A DNA stretch of 54,615 nt, filler included, from Porpidia crustulata (GCA_964255105.1; 5 parts of 5 records of this genome joined end to end with filler, not necessarily neighbours in it), one strand, 5' to 3'. Counted from the whole stretch's first letter, positions 36,338-49,029 are shown. Notes: generated by a model not told the origin, from the sequence alone. Made by a program: numbers and translations.

Positions 36338-37935
36338 CTACGAGATAATCACGTTCTTTTCCTCCGGCGGGATCACCTCATCTTCTTTCTCGCCCTTCAG
36401 GCCTGGCAGTTCCTTCATAGCACTGTCAATGATATTCAAAGCCTTCTGAATCTCCTGTTCAGTTATCACCAATGGTGGTGCCAGGCGAATGATGTTCTGG
36501 TGAGTTGGTTTGGCCTTCACGATATCAGCATCCTCCAAATTTTTAAAATGAGCAATCTTCAGAGCTCTGCCCACCAATAGACCCTTCTCCTTCATCAACA
36601 TGCATAGATCCCACGCACTGTGACCACCCGTTTTCGTTTCATCGATGACCATGGCATTTAGGAGGCCTTTTCCGCGAATGATCTTGATCATGGGGTTTTG
36701 CAAATCCTCAAGCCCCTTGCGGAATAATTGGCCTAGGCGCTCAGCACGCTCTACCAAATGCTCGTCTCGGACAATCTCAAGAGCGCGAATGGCGACTGCA
36801 CATCCAAGCGGATTTCCACCGTAGGTGGATCCATGAGTACCAGGCTCAATTGTCAGCATAATGTCCTTGCGCCCTAGGACGCACGATACGGGGTACATCC
36901 CTCCAGAAATGGCCTTGCCTAGGAGTACGAGATCGGGCTTGATACCGCTCCACTCGTGACATAAGAGCTTTCCTGTCCTTGCCACGCCCGTCTGAATCTC
37001 ATCACATATCAGGAGCACATTATGCTTGTCACAAAGCGCCCGGGCCTCCTGAAGATAGTCTGCATCTGGCACTACAATACCGGCTTCGCCTTGAATAGGT
37101 TCGACCAAGAAAGCCGCGGTTTTTGGTCCGTGTGCTTCAAGTGCGGAACGGAGAGCTGGTATATCGTTATATAACAGGGGCTGCTTTGTCTGTGGGCATG
37201 TTGAGCCAAGATTGGGCACGTAAGGACCGTAATTGTCTCTAGACTCAGGATCTGTGGACATGGATATCGCGGAGAACTAGGAGTTTCGTCAGAGGTCAAA
37301 TGTTCGAGCACGGTAGAGGGTAGTTCTGACAGTTCTTCCGTGAAAATTCTCCGTCACGCTCAGAATTAGAGCCTCATTTGATGGGATCCCCTTTGTCTTA
37401 TACCCCCATTTTCTCGCGATCTTCAATGCTGTCTCTACGGCTTCTGCGCCGGTGTTCATAGGAAGCACCATGTCGAAGTCGAAGAACTTGGTTACGAATT
37501 CGGCGAAGCGCGGAAACACATCGTTGTAAAAGGCCCTTGAGCTGAGCGTGAGTCGCGACGCTTGTTCCGTCAGCGCTTTAACTAGCTCAGGATGGCAGTG
37601 TCCCTGATTTACCGCGCTGTATGCGGATAAAAAATCAAGATACTAATTGAGGTGAGTCTCGAATCTTGATTGAGATCGAACGAAAGCGAAGTACTAGCCT
37701 CTTTTCCCTCTGGATCCCAGACAGAGGTGCCCGAGGCTCTAGCAAAGACTATCGGAAGGGGGTGGTAGTTGTGAGCTGCATATGTATGTTCGCTGTGTAT
37801 CGCCTCCTCGGTCGAATCAGAGTGGTATCTCGAGGGGTCGGGCGTGCCTGTGGGATGGAAAGAGGGTGCAGTTGCTTTCAGGGTAGTCGTGCCCCCGTTA
37901 GTATGGCCATTGAGGGCCGCCGCCACAGGGGCCAT
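36338..37935 (-). CDS. CAR2: Ornithine aminotransferase
   Basis: [67 protein letters not shown]. Introns 37643-37698 (GC-AG), 37277-37330 and ~36516-36573. Confidence 0.95.
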
Positions 37936-38824
37936 GTTGATATCAGGATGTCCTGCAACAGTACGCTCTCCTCTACGAGATGGACACAGCGCCAAACAAA
38001 TATTAGATGGCCTCGAAGTTCGCACAACCCCAGTATGTGCTTGAGTAAGACAGAGGATCTGCCGATCAGAAAATTTACGATGAACCGCTCTATGATGTAG
38101 TATTCGTTGATCTAACGTCTGAGTGATTCAATGTTTGCATTCAAAGAATATTCAGCAGAACAAGGGAAAGTATAGTATGAAATTTACAGAAGGATGTTTT
38201 TCTTTTTGCAGGATCGAACGATTGACGTGCGTCAAACTTGTGAGTACAAAGGTATCCTCTGTTGGTCACGAGTCGTCTAGAGACGAAGTAAAAATGAAAT
38301 TGGTCGTAGAATGCTCGTGTGGACCTGCTCTTAGGGGTTGACGATACGTAAATAAAAGGGACCTATGAGTGGGGGTAGTCCGAGTGGGAGAATCGGAAGA
38401 ATTCCTGAGAGTGGGGTCAGCCTTGTGGATGATACGAGTAATGGCCGAGAAATATTATCTATTATAGCCTATTACTGTAGCCTACGATAGCCGAAGGCTG
38501 TTGCCCTATAGTACTGTGTTGCGCCTTATGAGGCTCTTTTAAGGTAGGCACCCACGTACCTTATCAATAGGTAAGGTATCCAGCACGTACAATGCGCTCC
38601 ACTAGGATCACTACATATACGTGGATTCCGTTTCACTGCTGGCATGCTCTCTGTGTCAAGATGAGACCCCTCGCCTAGTCATGATGTACACGTCATACTA
38701 CTCTCGACAAGAAAGGCGCAAAGCCACCTAGCTTGAATTCTCGACATTTACGCCGCTCAGCTCGCTTGCAGACGGTCTCTGTTAACTGAACTTCGAATGT
38801 GTTTGCATGCAAGCCAGCTTTCTT

Positions 38825-40741
38825 ATGCCTATCTCGAAAGATAGCCACGACGTATACAATGATAATGTGCCATTGCGTGACTATGCTGCAGACCATGGCC
38901 GGCGGTCTAAGTCGCCCTCGCCAAAGCCAACACAACTAAATCCATATGGTGAACCCATGCCCGAGGCTCTCCATGCTGAAAGGCAAGATACGCTACAAGC
39001 AGCGGATTTTCTGCTGAAGCATCCTGGTATACGCAGATCTCCTCTCAATCGTTTAAAACCAAGTGTATTGGGCGTAGGCTTACCTCTGAAGAAACTCACA
39101 TACATCCGTCATCAACAGGATTTTCTGACCACAATCCGAATGGTCAGAAGAGAAAGGTCAAGGTAGACCACAACTTTCTAAAGTTGTTACTTCCTGGGCT
39201 GGTGAAATGCGCCATCAGCTGGCTTCTGATTGCTGCTTTTTACGTCTCCTTGTGGAAGTTCAAAGATAGGATTCTGGGTCCTAAAACTAAGTCCCTATCT
39301 GACGTTATCACGGTTGCGATAAGTATCGCTCTGGGACTAAACATCGCCAGCAGCTTGTAAGCAATTGCACTAGACCTAAGATGGTGAATCCTTAGCATGA
39401 AAATGAGAACTTCGCGAGAGGTACGTTCTACGAGGATGATGAGTACCGAGAGTCCCACTGACCACTCCGGTTAGGTCGATTTGATTCTACACTGCGATAG
39501 CATGACCGAGCTTGTTAAATTGGTTTGCGTAGCACCAAGACTCAAGACAGTGATCGCTTGTTTTTCCTGGCTGTCTCTGAACATAGTCAGCAACTCTACG
39601 GGTCTGTCTACGATTCAAGGCTGGTATTACCTAGCTTGCTCAAGTAATTGTTGCAATATTGGGTCTCACATACTCTGCCGTTCCAGGCCCTGGGGACATT
39701 TACCGAGCACCAGGATTGAGTGATGTCTCAACTCCAAATATGACAACTTTCGCACCCAAGCAGGGACGCTTTAGTGGTGGTAACAACCTAGAATCTTTTG
39801 CTGCCCATGTACTCGGAGATATTGGGAGTAGTTACAATTTTTCGATACTCCCAAATGAGGCTCTCGCCGGGACGCCTTGGGCGTCGAATCCTGCATCATT
39901 TTGGAACGGGACTGACCATTGGGAATACCACTTCCTCGACTCGGCGCCTGCACTCGGAAGTTCTGGAACCAACTCACTTTCAATCTACACAGATCACTTC
40001 GTCAGATCAACTGGGACCTGCGAGACACCACCCATCCAGGCCAACATCAGCAGTAATCTAGCTATCATCCAAGTGCTTACCACAAATAAGACGGTATATT
40101 TTCCTGCGCTAGCGTTAGGAACAGAGTCGATCTACTTTCTAACAGCACCCGTACTTTTACAAAACGACGGCAATGTCACATGCGGCGCAGGATGTCAGAA
40201 TGTGAAAGTCCTTGAGCCGGCAGCGGGACCGGATGGATCGCCTGGCGGAGGAACAAGCTCACCGTGGTTTTATTACGACTGCAATATCACAGTCTCATCC
40301 GCAACTAATGACCTTTCGCCACAGAATGCAGCAATAGCAGCCCAATCTACCGCACTCTCCGGACTGGTACATTCTGAATTCGAGGCCACCGGTGAAGCAA
40401 CCAATGAATACGTCGCGTATAGCTTCGGTCTGCCATTTGGAGAGCCTCAAAATAAAAGCAGTACAGGGATGGCAAGTCTTATCTCACGCTTCGCGATCGG
40501 AACCGTTGCTGCCGCGGCGCAAACCAACCCGCCAATGGTTGTCCAGTGTGGTCAGCCAACGCAAGGTGTCCGGCTAGGACTCGACTTACCTCTGGTTTTC
40601 CACTTCATTCTCGGGCTTATTGGAGGACTCCAATTTTTCTTAGTCCTAATTACAGCTATTCTAATTTACCGGCTCAAGGTTCCCGACGAAGTAGTCATAT
40701 CTCAGCAAGAAGAAGTACGGAAACGATTTGTCCTTTCATGA
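38825..40741 (+). pseudogene. Multi-exon membrane glycoprotein gene with two premature stops
   Basis: Exon reading ...ALGLNIASSL*AIALDLRW*ILSMKMRTSRE has TAA 39358-60 and TGA 39385-87; splice sites are intact; the 3' exon has N-glycosylation sites and a C-terminal TM helix. Confidence 0.65.
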
Positions 40742-41405
40742 TGGTGTTCTGATCTGCTTGGAATCTTTGCGGATTCTCGATGGTTATTGTACATGGAAGC
40801 ACAAGTGAGAAACACTGCAGAATTGGGCTTACACGAATAGGCTTCGAGGAGATACAGTAGGCCAAATTGGAGGCCGGTTCAAGCCATGCGCAAGTCTGTA
40901 CTCGGAATTGATTATGTAGAAGTAGCCAAGCAGTCTAGCAGTCCAGCAGTCCAATACGAGACTGAAAAGTGTATATAGCAATTATCTACAATATTAATTA
41001 TGTTACGGTTGTTAGATTGATTATCGATTACACATCTCGCATGTGACGACGGGATTTATGTATTAATTTCTATGATAGATCTGCGTGTTTCCGTCAAATT
41101 CGTGATATCGTGGAATCGAGATTAGAATTTTAAGATGTATCCGTCGACCTTTTGGGAAGTTTCAGCTTCTAGCCGAGTAGCTAGTAGTGGTAGGGCTGAT
41201 ATCTACTCGGTTTGACCGGGAGTACAAACTAAATGCATCGCAATGCTGGATAACTACCTATCTGCTCACCAATGATCGAAATAGTACGAGCAATGCTTCT
41301 AATTATCTATCGAATAGTAAATACCCAACGGTAACATCACCACACGGACCCACGTAGACGCTTCTTCAGCAGCATTTCACAACACACGACTACAACCTCT
41401 CCATC

Positions 41406-42665
41406 ATGCGCCGCACCGACCCACGCATCCGCCAGACTATCAATCACATTTCGCAGAACCTAGAGTCCGCTAACCTTTCTACTCAAGCCGGTATCTTCAC
41501 CTTCTCCCAGAGATACGTCTCCCCATGCCTCGCCTCGTTCCAGTCCTGCCTCGAAGCTTCATGCCAGCCTTGTTTCACGGCGCGCGATGAACAGCGACGA
41601 CCTCATCGTAATGCACGGCGTGGGCGCGAGGGATTCGGGTTCGATTTTTATGATAATTGGGAAGAGGACGAAGCAGACTGGGGAAATGACGAACTCGATC
41701 GCTTATTGGCGGGGAGCGATGAGCAACCGGGAAAATACGGCGGCATGAGTTATGGGTCTCGAGGTGGCAGAAGGAAGAGCTTTGGCTTACCGAAAGATGG
41801 AGGTGCGGACCCTACCGTCGTTCCGAGCTCCTCGATTTTTGGATTTTTGGAAGGGTTACCGTGGAGGTTTGGTTCTCGGGGAGTCAAGTATCGACCTTCA
41901 GCTGCGGATCTGCAGGAGAATGTAGGCCGCAGAAGAGGTGAACAGGAGCCTCTAGTTGAGGAGAGCGAAGAAAGCGGTACCGATGGGCGCCGTGGGAGGC
42001 ATGGAAGGAAAAGGAGCGGGACCACTACGTCAAGATCCACCAATAATTCCCTGAGTTCAAGGGGGGACCTTTTTCCCAGCGAAGATGAGGATGATGCAGT
42101 CCCTATCGACGACGAGTTTGCGATCATGCTGGGGCGAAGAACCACAGGTACAACATCCGATGACCACAGCAGTAGGAAGAATAGAGAGAGAAGACCCAAG
42201 GGATCTCGAGCATCTACAAAAACAGCTTCATCCAGAGGAACCAAAAGTACAAGGAATGATCAGCGAGGCACTTCCACTTCTAGTCAAAAAGAGCCAAGTA
42301 TTACCGAAACCGCCGAAGTTGAGGATGAAGTTCCAACCCTCGACGATCTGAAGCGGGAGGAGGAGCGCGTGCATAAGGAAGAAGAAGCAGAGGTAGAGCG
42401 AAGAAGACAAGCCGCACAGCACTTAGCTCTGCACCGAAGTATGGCCAGCAGGGATGATGCCACCAGCAGTACCGACGATCCGGGGGCAGAGATTGAAGAT
42501 GAGGAAGCGCCCGACCTCATCCCTGGCGAACCCGTTTCGGAAGAGCCTGATAGTCCTGCTCCTCCTACTGAGATTAATGCTCCCAGCTCTGAGCCGTCCA
42601 ATACTGATCTGTCACCCATTGGCAGTCCCGATTTCGAATTTAAACCTCCGGAAGAGCAGCCTTGA
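41406..42665 (+). CDS. Hypothetical fungal protein, largely disordered/acidic
   Basis: 419-aa single-exon ORF with motif-like segments (FDFYDNWEED, WGNDELDRLL, YRPSAADL, LSSRGDLFPSEDEDDAVP) and a coiled-coil. Confidence 0.75.
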   Translation: MRRTDPRIRQTINHISQNLESANLSTQAGIFTFSQRYVSPCLASFQSCLEASCQPCFTARDEQRRPHRNARRGREGFGFDFYDNWEEDEADWGNDELDRLLAGSDEQPGKYGGMSYGSRGGRRKSFGLPKDGGADPTVVPSSSIFGFLEGLPWRFGSRGVKYRPSAADLQENVGRRRGEQEPLVEESEESGTDGRRGRHGRKRSGTTTSRSTNNSLSSRGDLFPSEDEDDAVPIDDEFAIMLGRRTTGTTSDDHSSRKNRERRPKGSRASTKTASSRGTKSTRNDQRGTSTSSQKEPSITETAEVEDEVPTLDDLKREEERVHKEEEAEVERRRQAAQHLALHRSMASRDDATSSTDDPGAEIEDEEAPDLIPGEPVSEEPDSPAPPTEINAPSSEPSNTDLSPIGSPDFEFKPPEEQP

Positions 42666-42941
42666 GATAAAGGAACTTGTTTGTATGATATAACGCGTTG
42701 GTAATGATTCGACGATCCGAAGACACAACATTTGGTACATCACTTACTTACAGTGGTATGATTGTTATAATATGCAAGAAATCAATAGATGTTCCCCCCC
42801 AAAACAATCTAGAAGGCTTTGAAAGTGCAGAATATTTTACAATTCACATTTGGCGGTCAGCTGTGGAACATGACCTAGGATCGGTTATGTGATGTACTAT
42901 TTACAGTAAACCAGTATAGACAGGGAACGTTGGATTCCTCC

Positions 42942-43701
42942 CTACGACAAATACTTCTCGAACCACTCAATTCCTTGTTTGCACGCGTCATCCATGGCCT
43001 TCTTATCCTTTTCGCTGCTCCAGTCACTCCTCAAGGCAAAGCCGTGGATCTGGTCCTCATAGATCTATCCTCATTAATTAGCCCAGCATATCCACCGGAG
43101 GTGATGCTAAACCGAAGCACAACGAGAACATACCCTAAGTTCATGCGGAACCCCAGTCTTCTTCGCCATGACGTCCTGAATCTTGCCAACACTCTCATTA
43201 TCCAACAAGCTATCCCTCGTCCCCACCGCCAAACTCAACGGCTTCGCCACCGCCTCGAAATCCGCCGGCACCGCCACCAAACTCGGATGGCACGCGTACG
43301 CCGCATCCACCCCGCCCACGCTACTCCCGGCCCCATCCTTGGCCTGCCCGTGCGCCTCCAGGATCGCGTACCGGCCGCCCCAGCAGAACCCGACGGCGCC
43401 GACCTTGTCCGTGCCCGGCGTCATGCGCACGGCGTTGACGAAGCCGTCGATGATGGGCTTCGCGACCGCCTCGCGGTGCTTGACGAGCCAGGGCCCCAGC
43501 GTCGCGGGGATCAGGGCCGCGTTCTTGGCCTTGGCGGCGGCGCCGAGCTTCGCCTGGTCCGCGAGGCGGGGCTCGACGTTGGCGAGGAAGGAGATGGGGA
43601 TGGAGTCGCCTTCGTGCACGTCGGGCACGTAGGCGTAGAAGCCAGCGGCGGCGTATTGGTCCGCGAGGAGGCGGACGTTGGGGAATTCCCAGCCGAAGAC
43701 T
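42942..43701 (-). CDS. Dienelactone hydrolase family protein, 5' truncated
   Basis: GAVGFCWGG nucleophile elbow, ACHPS, last exon IYEDQIHGFALR ending at TAG 42942. Confidence 0.9.
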
Positions 43702-43801
43702 NNNNNNNNNNNNNNNNNNNNNNNNNNNNNNNNNNNNNNNNNNNNTTAATTAATTAANNNNNNNNNNNNNNNNNNNNNNNNNNNNNNNNNNNNNNNNNNN
43801 N
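43702..43801. other. Artificial contig linker
   Basis: 100-bp N/TTAATTAATTAA spacer. Confidence 0.97.
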
Positions 43802-44157
43802 GCTAGCAGAGTTTTCCTTAAGAAGCTCTGCCGCTCCCTTTCTACCTTCTTCATCCCTTAGAAAATCAATCTATCGGTTCCACCAAAGCCCTTTGTTCAA
43901 CAAAGAACGTCTTTCGATAACTGTTTTTTAAAGATGAAATTCGCGAACACGTCGAACGAATTATTATTTTAAAACACGCAGCTACTTTCTAGAAGCTTCA
44001 ATCGAAATATAGTTTAAAGTTATCGTAACATTTCAATTTCCATCTTTAACATCGACGAACAGACATGCAAATCACAAACTATAATCATCGACGCGTTAAC
44101 TTCGTTCTGTTTACAGACGCTCGATTCTAATATCTTTCAACACTTCGAAAATCTTAC

Positions 44158-44538
44158 TGTTAGACCCGCCCGAACCCTGTTCTTATAGCTACGCGGGTAG
44201 CGTGTAACCACAGGCACGCTCTGTAGGATCTGTCCACAGAGCAAGCAGAGCATGATGCTCTGCCCGCTCTAGTAACAGAGCAACCAGAGCAAGAGTTGCT
44301 CTGGGCGCTCTGCCCACAGAGCAACAGGAGCATAGGCTCTTGGCACGATTCTCCTATGTTTATATCATGAGAGTCATTCCCTTAGATAGGAACTTCGTGC
44401 TCAACTCATGTAATAGTCAATACAATCAGTTCTATTGTCTAAGCTATTCCCAGACCTGCAAGTCTAGTAGCTATAAGAGTTCGTTACTCGTTTGCATCTC
44501 TGTTTATATCTTGTGTTGTTATTAGAACAACCGTTACA
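44158..44538. mobile_element. Solo LTR (381 bp) with 5-bp target-site duplication CTTAC
   Basis: TGTTAG...GTTACA termini (TG..CA) flanked by CTTAC at 44153-44157 and 44539-44543; internal CAGAGCA/TGCTCTG repeats; AT-rich flanks. Confidence 0.8.
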
Positions 44539-44863
44539 CTTACGTACAAGAATGTCGAGAAGTCGAAAAAGCAGATAGACGAGAATTTATCGAGCTACAG
44601 AAGAAGATCGAGACGATATAAATCTGCTGACTCTGACGATGAACGGCTTTCAAGAAATTTTGATATATTTAACTACTTAAATAGTAATAACGATGATGGA
44701 ACCAGTTAGAAATGGGCTTGAGTTTTTTAAATTCGATATGTTACTCTTCGTTAACAACATGCATTTCAGACGTATGAACTTCCGAATCGAGTGGCTGCTC
44801 GAAATACCTACACCCTGCCCGCGGCTTTTCCCAAGGAATTGTTGCTCTTCCTGTTCAGTCACT

Positions 44864-46245
44864 ATGCGGACGGATATCTCTTCGACGGACAGACCGCAAC
44901 ATGTGTATTACTGACTGGACGATGTTGAGGATCTTGAAGGATATGTCACCGGAGGTTACCATCCAACACATCTCGGCGACGAGCTTTCGCAAGGCAGATA
45001 CCGAATACTTCATAAGTTAGGTTTCGGTAGTTATTCGACAGGCATGTAATCTTTATTCACTTCACAAGCCGTTTGTGCAGCAGCTGACATGTTCCTCAGT
45101 ATGGCTTGCCAGAGACCAGCGAGAAAATCGTTACGTTGCATTGAAGATCATCGTCGCCCACGCTTCGGCAGCGAGTTTAGAAGGCTCTATCCTGCGGCAT
45201 CTTCGCGGGGGCAACTCTGAGCACCCAGGACGGAGCAATGTTCAAATTCTCTTCGATGAATTTTTCACGAATGGGCCGAACGGAAGGCATCTCTACCTGG
45301 TGAGCGAACCTGCCGGATGCAGTGTGGCCCAATCAAAGGAAGCAAGCGCGAAATGGATGTTTCCAGTTAATATTGCCCGAGCTGTTGCTGCCCAGACAAC
45401 GATGGGTCTGGCGTACATCCACTCTTGCGGTGTCACTCATGGAGGTATGTTTCTAGCATTTCTGTCCACTCAACGCGTTGAGACTAAATAGCTGCCCTCG
45501 GTCAGATCTGCATCCTAATAACATCCTATTCCAAATTCTGAATTTCAATTTTTGGACCGTGGACGAAGTCTATAAGAAATTTGGTGAGCCTGTCCAGGTG
45601 CAAAATCGACGACTTGATAATGGTTCACTCGGCCCAGAGGTGCCATCATATTCCATCTTCCCTGCCGATATGGTAATGCCAGCGGATCAAGTTAAGGACA
45701 ATCATATCAAAATATCGGACTTCGGCGAGGCCTTCCTCACCAATCCACCCCAGGCCCTCCACACTCCAATGTTGCTACTTCCGCCTGAAACGTTGTTTCT
45801 CGAAAAAATTGGGCCCCCGGCCGACATTTGGACACTTGCCTGTACACTATTCGAAATCCTCGGCGAACGTGCTCTCTTCGAAGCTTTCATCCCAAACGAA
45901 GACGACCTTGTTGCAGAGATGGTCAGCACCTTGGGCAAGTTGCCGAGTCGATGGTGGGACCAGTGGCAGAGACGACCGTACTACTTCTTGGAGGATGGTT
46001 CTTGGAATCCAAAATTCAAAGGCTTCAGGTCCTCCGTCACAAGGCCCTTGAGGGAGCGACTTTGGGGCATGGGTCGGGGCCAAATCCCAGAGCAATGTGA
46101 ATTCTCTCCAGAAGGATTAGTGAGTTTGGAGAACTTGCTGGTGAAGATGTTGATGTACGAGCCTTGCGATAGAATGACGGCTGACGAGGCAATGCAGTCA
46201 GACTACATGCTACGATGGGGTGGCCCGGCCATTAACGTAATCTGA
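44864..46245 (+). pseudogene. SRPK/Sky1-like CMGC protein kinase with an in-frame stop near the N-terminus
   Basis: YY*LDDVEDLEGYVTGGYHP...YRILHKLGFGSYST|VWLARD, VALKI, HG|DLHPNN, DFG, PPE, ADIWTL. TGA at 44912-14; introns 45042-45099 (GC donor) and ~45445-45505. Confidence 0.75.
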
Positions 46246-47027
46246 TCTCCAGTTACTATCCTATTCTGTATCGTTCGTTTCGTTCGAACGTCACTTCGAC
46301 TCTTTGTAATATCATGATGAGTCTCGAGGTAAAAGAGAGCAAATAGAGTTCATAAGGTAGAAAGAACGTGTATGTTCCCTACGACAGTAATGGCGAAGAA
46401 ACGGGCTTGGAGGATGATGAGAGAGGAAAGTGGATGCGGAATTTTGTCCGGATTTCGCACAGAGTCGCGAAGTGGTAATCACGCGAAAATTCAAATGGTG
46501 TTGTTTCTATTCCTACCTCATCTCCTATAGCTTTAGTATAATGAGACAGCGAACACGACCTCTCGAGATGTTGTCGAAAGCTGACATATCCTAAGTGGAG
46601 TTTTGAGACGATATGGTAGAGTAGAGGTGTAGATATCTATTATCTAACGTGCACATAGCCCTTGAGTCTTGTCTCTACAAGAAGTAAATACATAGTGGAC
46701 AATAGCAGCAAGCAATCACTGGAGCTAAGGTATGACATTATCTAGTAGGCACGATAACTTGTAGTCTATCCATCCAATTGGAGTGACGGACAGATACTGG
46801 ACGAACTCGCTAGTGAAGAATGCTGAAAAGAGCGTTGGGCCACAAGATGGTTGAAAGGATGTGGAGGATGGTTGTGAACATTTGCATCGAGAAAGGTCGT
46901 GATCCTTATTTGACTGATGGTTGAATACGGTCATTCAAGGCAGAGTCTCGAAGGGTTTTCTCGGGATCTCGATTTTGAAATTTAGCGAAAACGATCAGGA
47001 AAACAGTCATTTTGAATCAAATTTGAT

Positions 47028-47275
47028 GTTCCATCCAATGCTTCCTTTAATACCCATCCAGTGATCCATTCAGTGCTCCATCTAGTGCTTTATTCAATCA
47101 ATATTGCACTTAGTGCTCCGTCCAGTACTCCTTCAATTTTCCATTTAGTGCTTCATCTAGAATTCTACCTAGTGCTCCATCCAATGCTCCATCCAGTGTT
47201 CCATCCAGTGTTCCATCCAATGTTCCATACAATATTTCATTCAATATTCCACCCGATGCTCCATCCAGTACTCCC
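47028..47275 (+). repeat. Degenerate 12-bp minisatellite (consensus GTGCTCCATCCA)
   Basis: About 18-20 imperfect units, mostly C>T/G>A variants; translates as SAPS or VLHP repeats. Confidence 0.85.
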
Positions 47276-47276
47276 A

Positions 47277-48848
47277 TGATCAAGAGGACAAGAAGCGAGA
47301 TCGACGGCGGCAACGACGATTATGAGCCATTAGCTGCCAAACGAAAGATTGGACGTCAAGCTCATGGCAATGTCTCTATGTAATCTATGAGTCCTTCCTG
47401 TCTTAACATGTTAACTGATGCGGGCCATATCAGGGAAATGCCTACTCAAGTACCTGATGCGTACCAACAGCGTCGCTCCCTATCTACAATCTCTCCACAG
47501 TCGTTTCTCGAAGCTTTGAAGCCACACTCGATTGAGTCGGCGATCCCTTCGACGTCAAACAACGACGAAGGGCACTTGAGTGCATTGGAGATCTAATGGG
47601 ATCGAGAACTCGCGGGAATTGGTCTTCAAGACTTGAGACAGAAAAGTCCGCTCAGGACTTCTGGTAGATATCCACTCTGACTGGTCAATGCTATGGACTG
47701 ACATTTATCTATAGATACCAACATGTCTGACAAGTTTGTAGCGCCAATGTCCCCAATTGTTACTAAACTCATTCAAGAAGCACGAAACGAGAGTCCCGAG
47801 TTAGCTACAAAACTTCCTGGCCCATGTGCTTGGAATGAATCTACTCGCGGATTCATCGCGGATCTTGTTTCTGAGGAAATGATGGAACGTATTGACGAAG
47901 CGACCCTTCCGGAAGCAAGACAAATACTTGGTGAAGACCTTCTTTCCGCCAAGGACTTGGTGGATCAAGTTCCTTGCTTTGAAGTGGGCGAACGATTCGG
48001 TGGGCCCTCAAAGCGAGTCATGGCGATATACATGATTGTCGGCAACCATATCAATGGCGACTATGCATTATATATTGGAGTCACTGAGGGGCTCTATAGA
48101 CGCCCGAGGGACCATACCAAAGGCATCGAGCACTATCGTCAAGGGACTCCGATTAAATCTTCTGGCAGTCAAAAGCACCATAAAGTCCTAGCGCAGCCTG
48201 GTTGGACTCACTCATACCGCGTCCTAGCCACATTTCAGCCTCATGTTGCTACAAAGTACGCTTATGCAATGGAGACCCTTTTCATGCTCCTGTTGTGTAC
48301 CTGCTCCCTGGAACCGAATCTTGGAAACATCTCCAATATAGCTTCAAGGGCCTTGATCCGTCGCCTGGAGCCAGAGCCATAGATAATTACTCCCTCCACG
48401 TCAAGCGACAGGGTTGCAATAAGCAACATGTTCCTCAGGTAATACGTCTCAATATGGCGTTGTCGATTTCGGCAAAGTTTCCTTCTCATGATAGTAGCTT
48501 TCTAAAATGTATTGTCTGCGGAATTTCGAGTGACTCAAGAGCTCAGTGGCATGGTCGTCACGATTCCGATGGAATTCCGAATCATACGTGCGGCACATGC
48601 TATAGGTATGCAGAAATAAACAACGGTGCGCAACGACCGGCAGAACCGATCACTCTTGATCGAGCCAGGAATCAATACCTCAAACCGACAGATGTCAATC
48701 CTGCGGCGTTTATAGTTCCGAGACCAGATTATCAAGATGTTTAGCAGCGGGAATGGTACTATGCAAAAGGGAAGGGCACTGCTTCAGTATGTATAATGAG
48801 CTTAAACCATTCCCTAGGCGAGATTACAACAACCCAAAAACGCTGTAG
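47277..48848 (+). pseudogene. Disrupted GIY-YIG nuclease-like gene with C-terminal GATA-like C4 zinc finger(s)
   Basis: AIY-x13-YIGVT..LYRR...H...E in ORF 47723..48382; a frameshifted continuation contains CIVC-x24-CGTCYRY...NGAQRP; a further shifted CQSC...VLC segment; stop at 47594-96. Confidence 0.55.
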
Positions 48849-49029
48849 ACCATTCCAAGGAAGATATGGGAAGGGGTTTGCTTCAGTGAGGCGGCGCATT
48901 ATGGAAGGGTCTGTGTTTTCGTGGTGTATGGATGTTTCTTTTACTTTGCTTTGCAGTTTTGTTTCACGAAGTTTGCTATCATTGTAGACATTACATACAA
49001 TCTCATATAAAACAACCCCAATTATAACA

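Noticed and set aside
42930..43757. 275-aa plus-strand ORF
   Set aside because: Shadow of the GC-rich dienelactone hydrolase.
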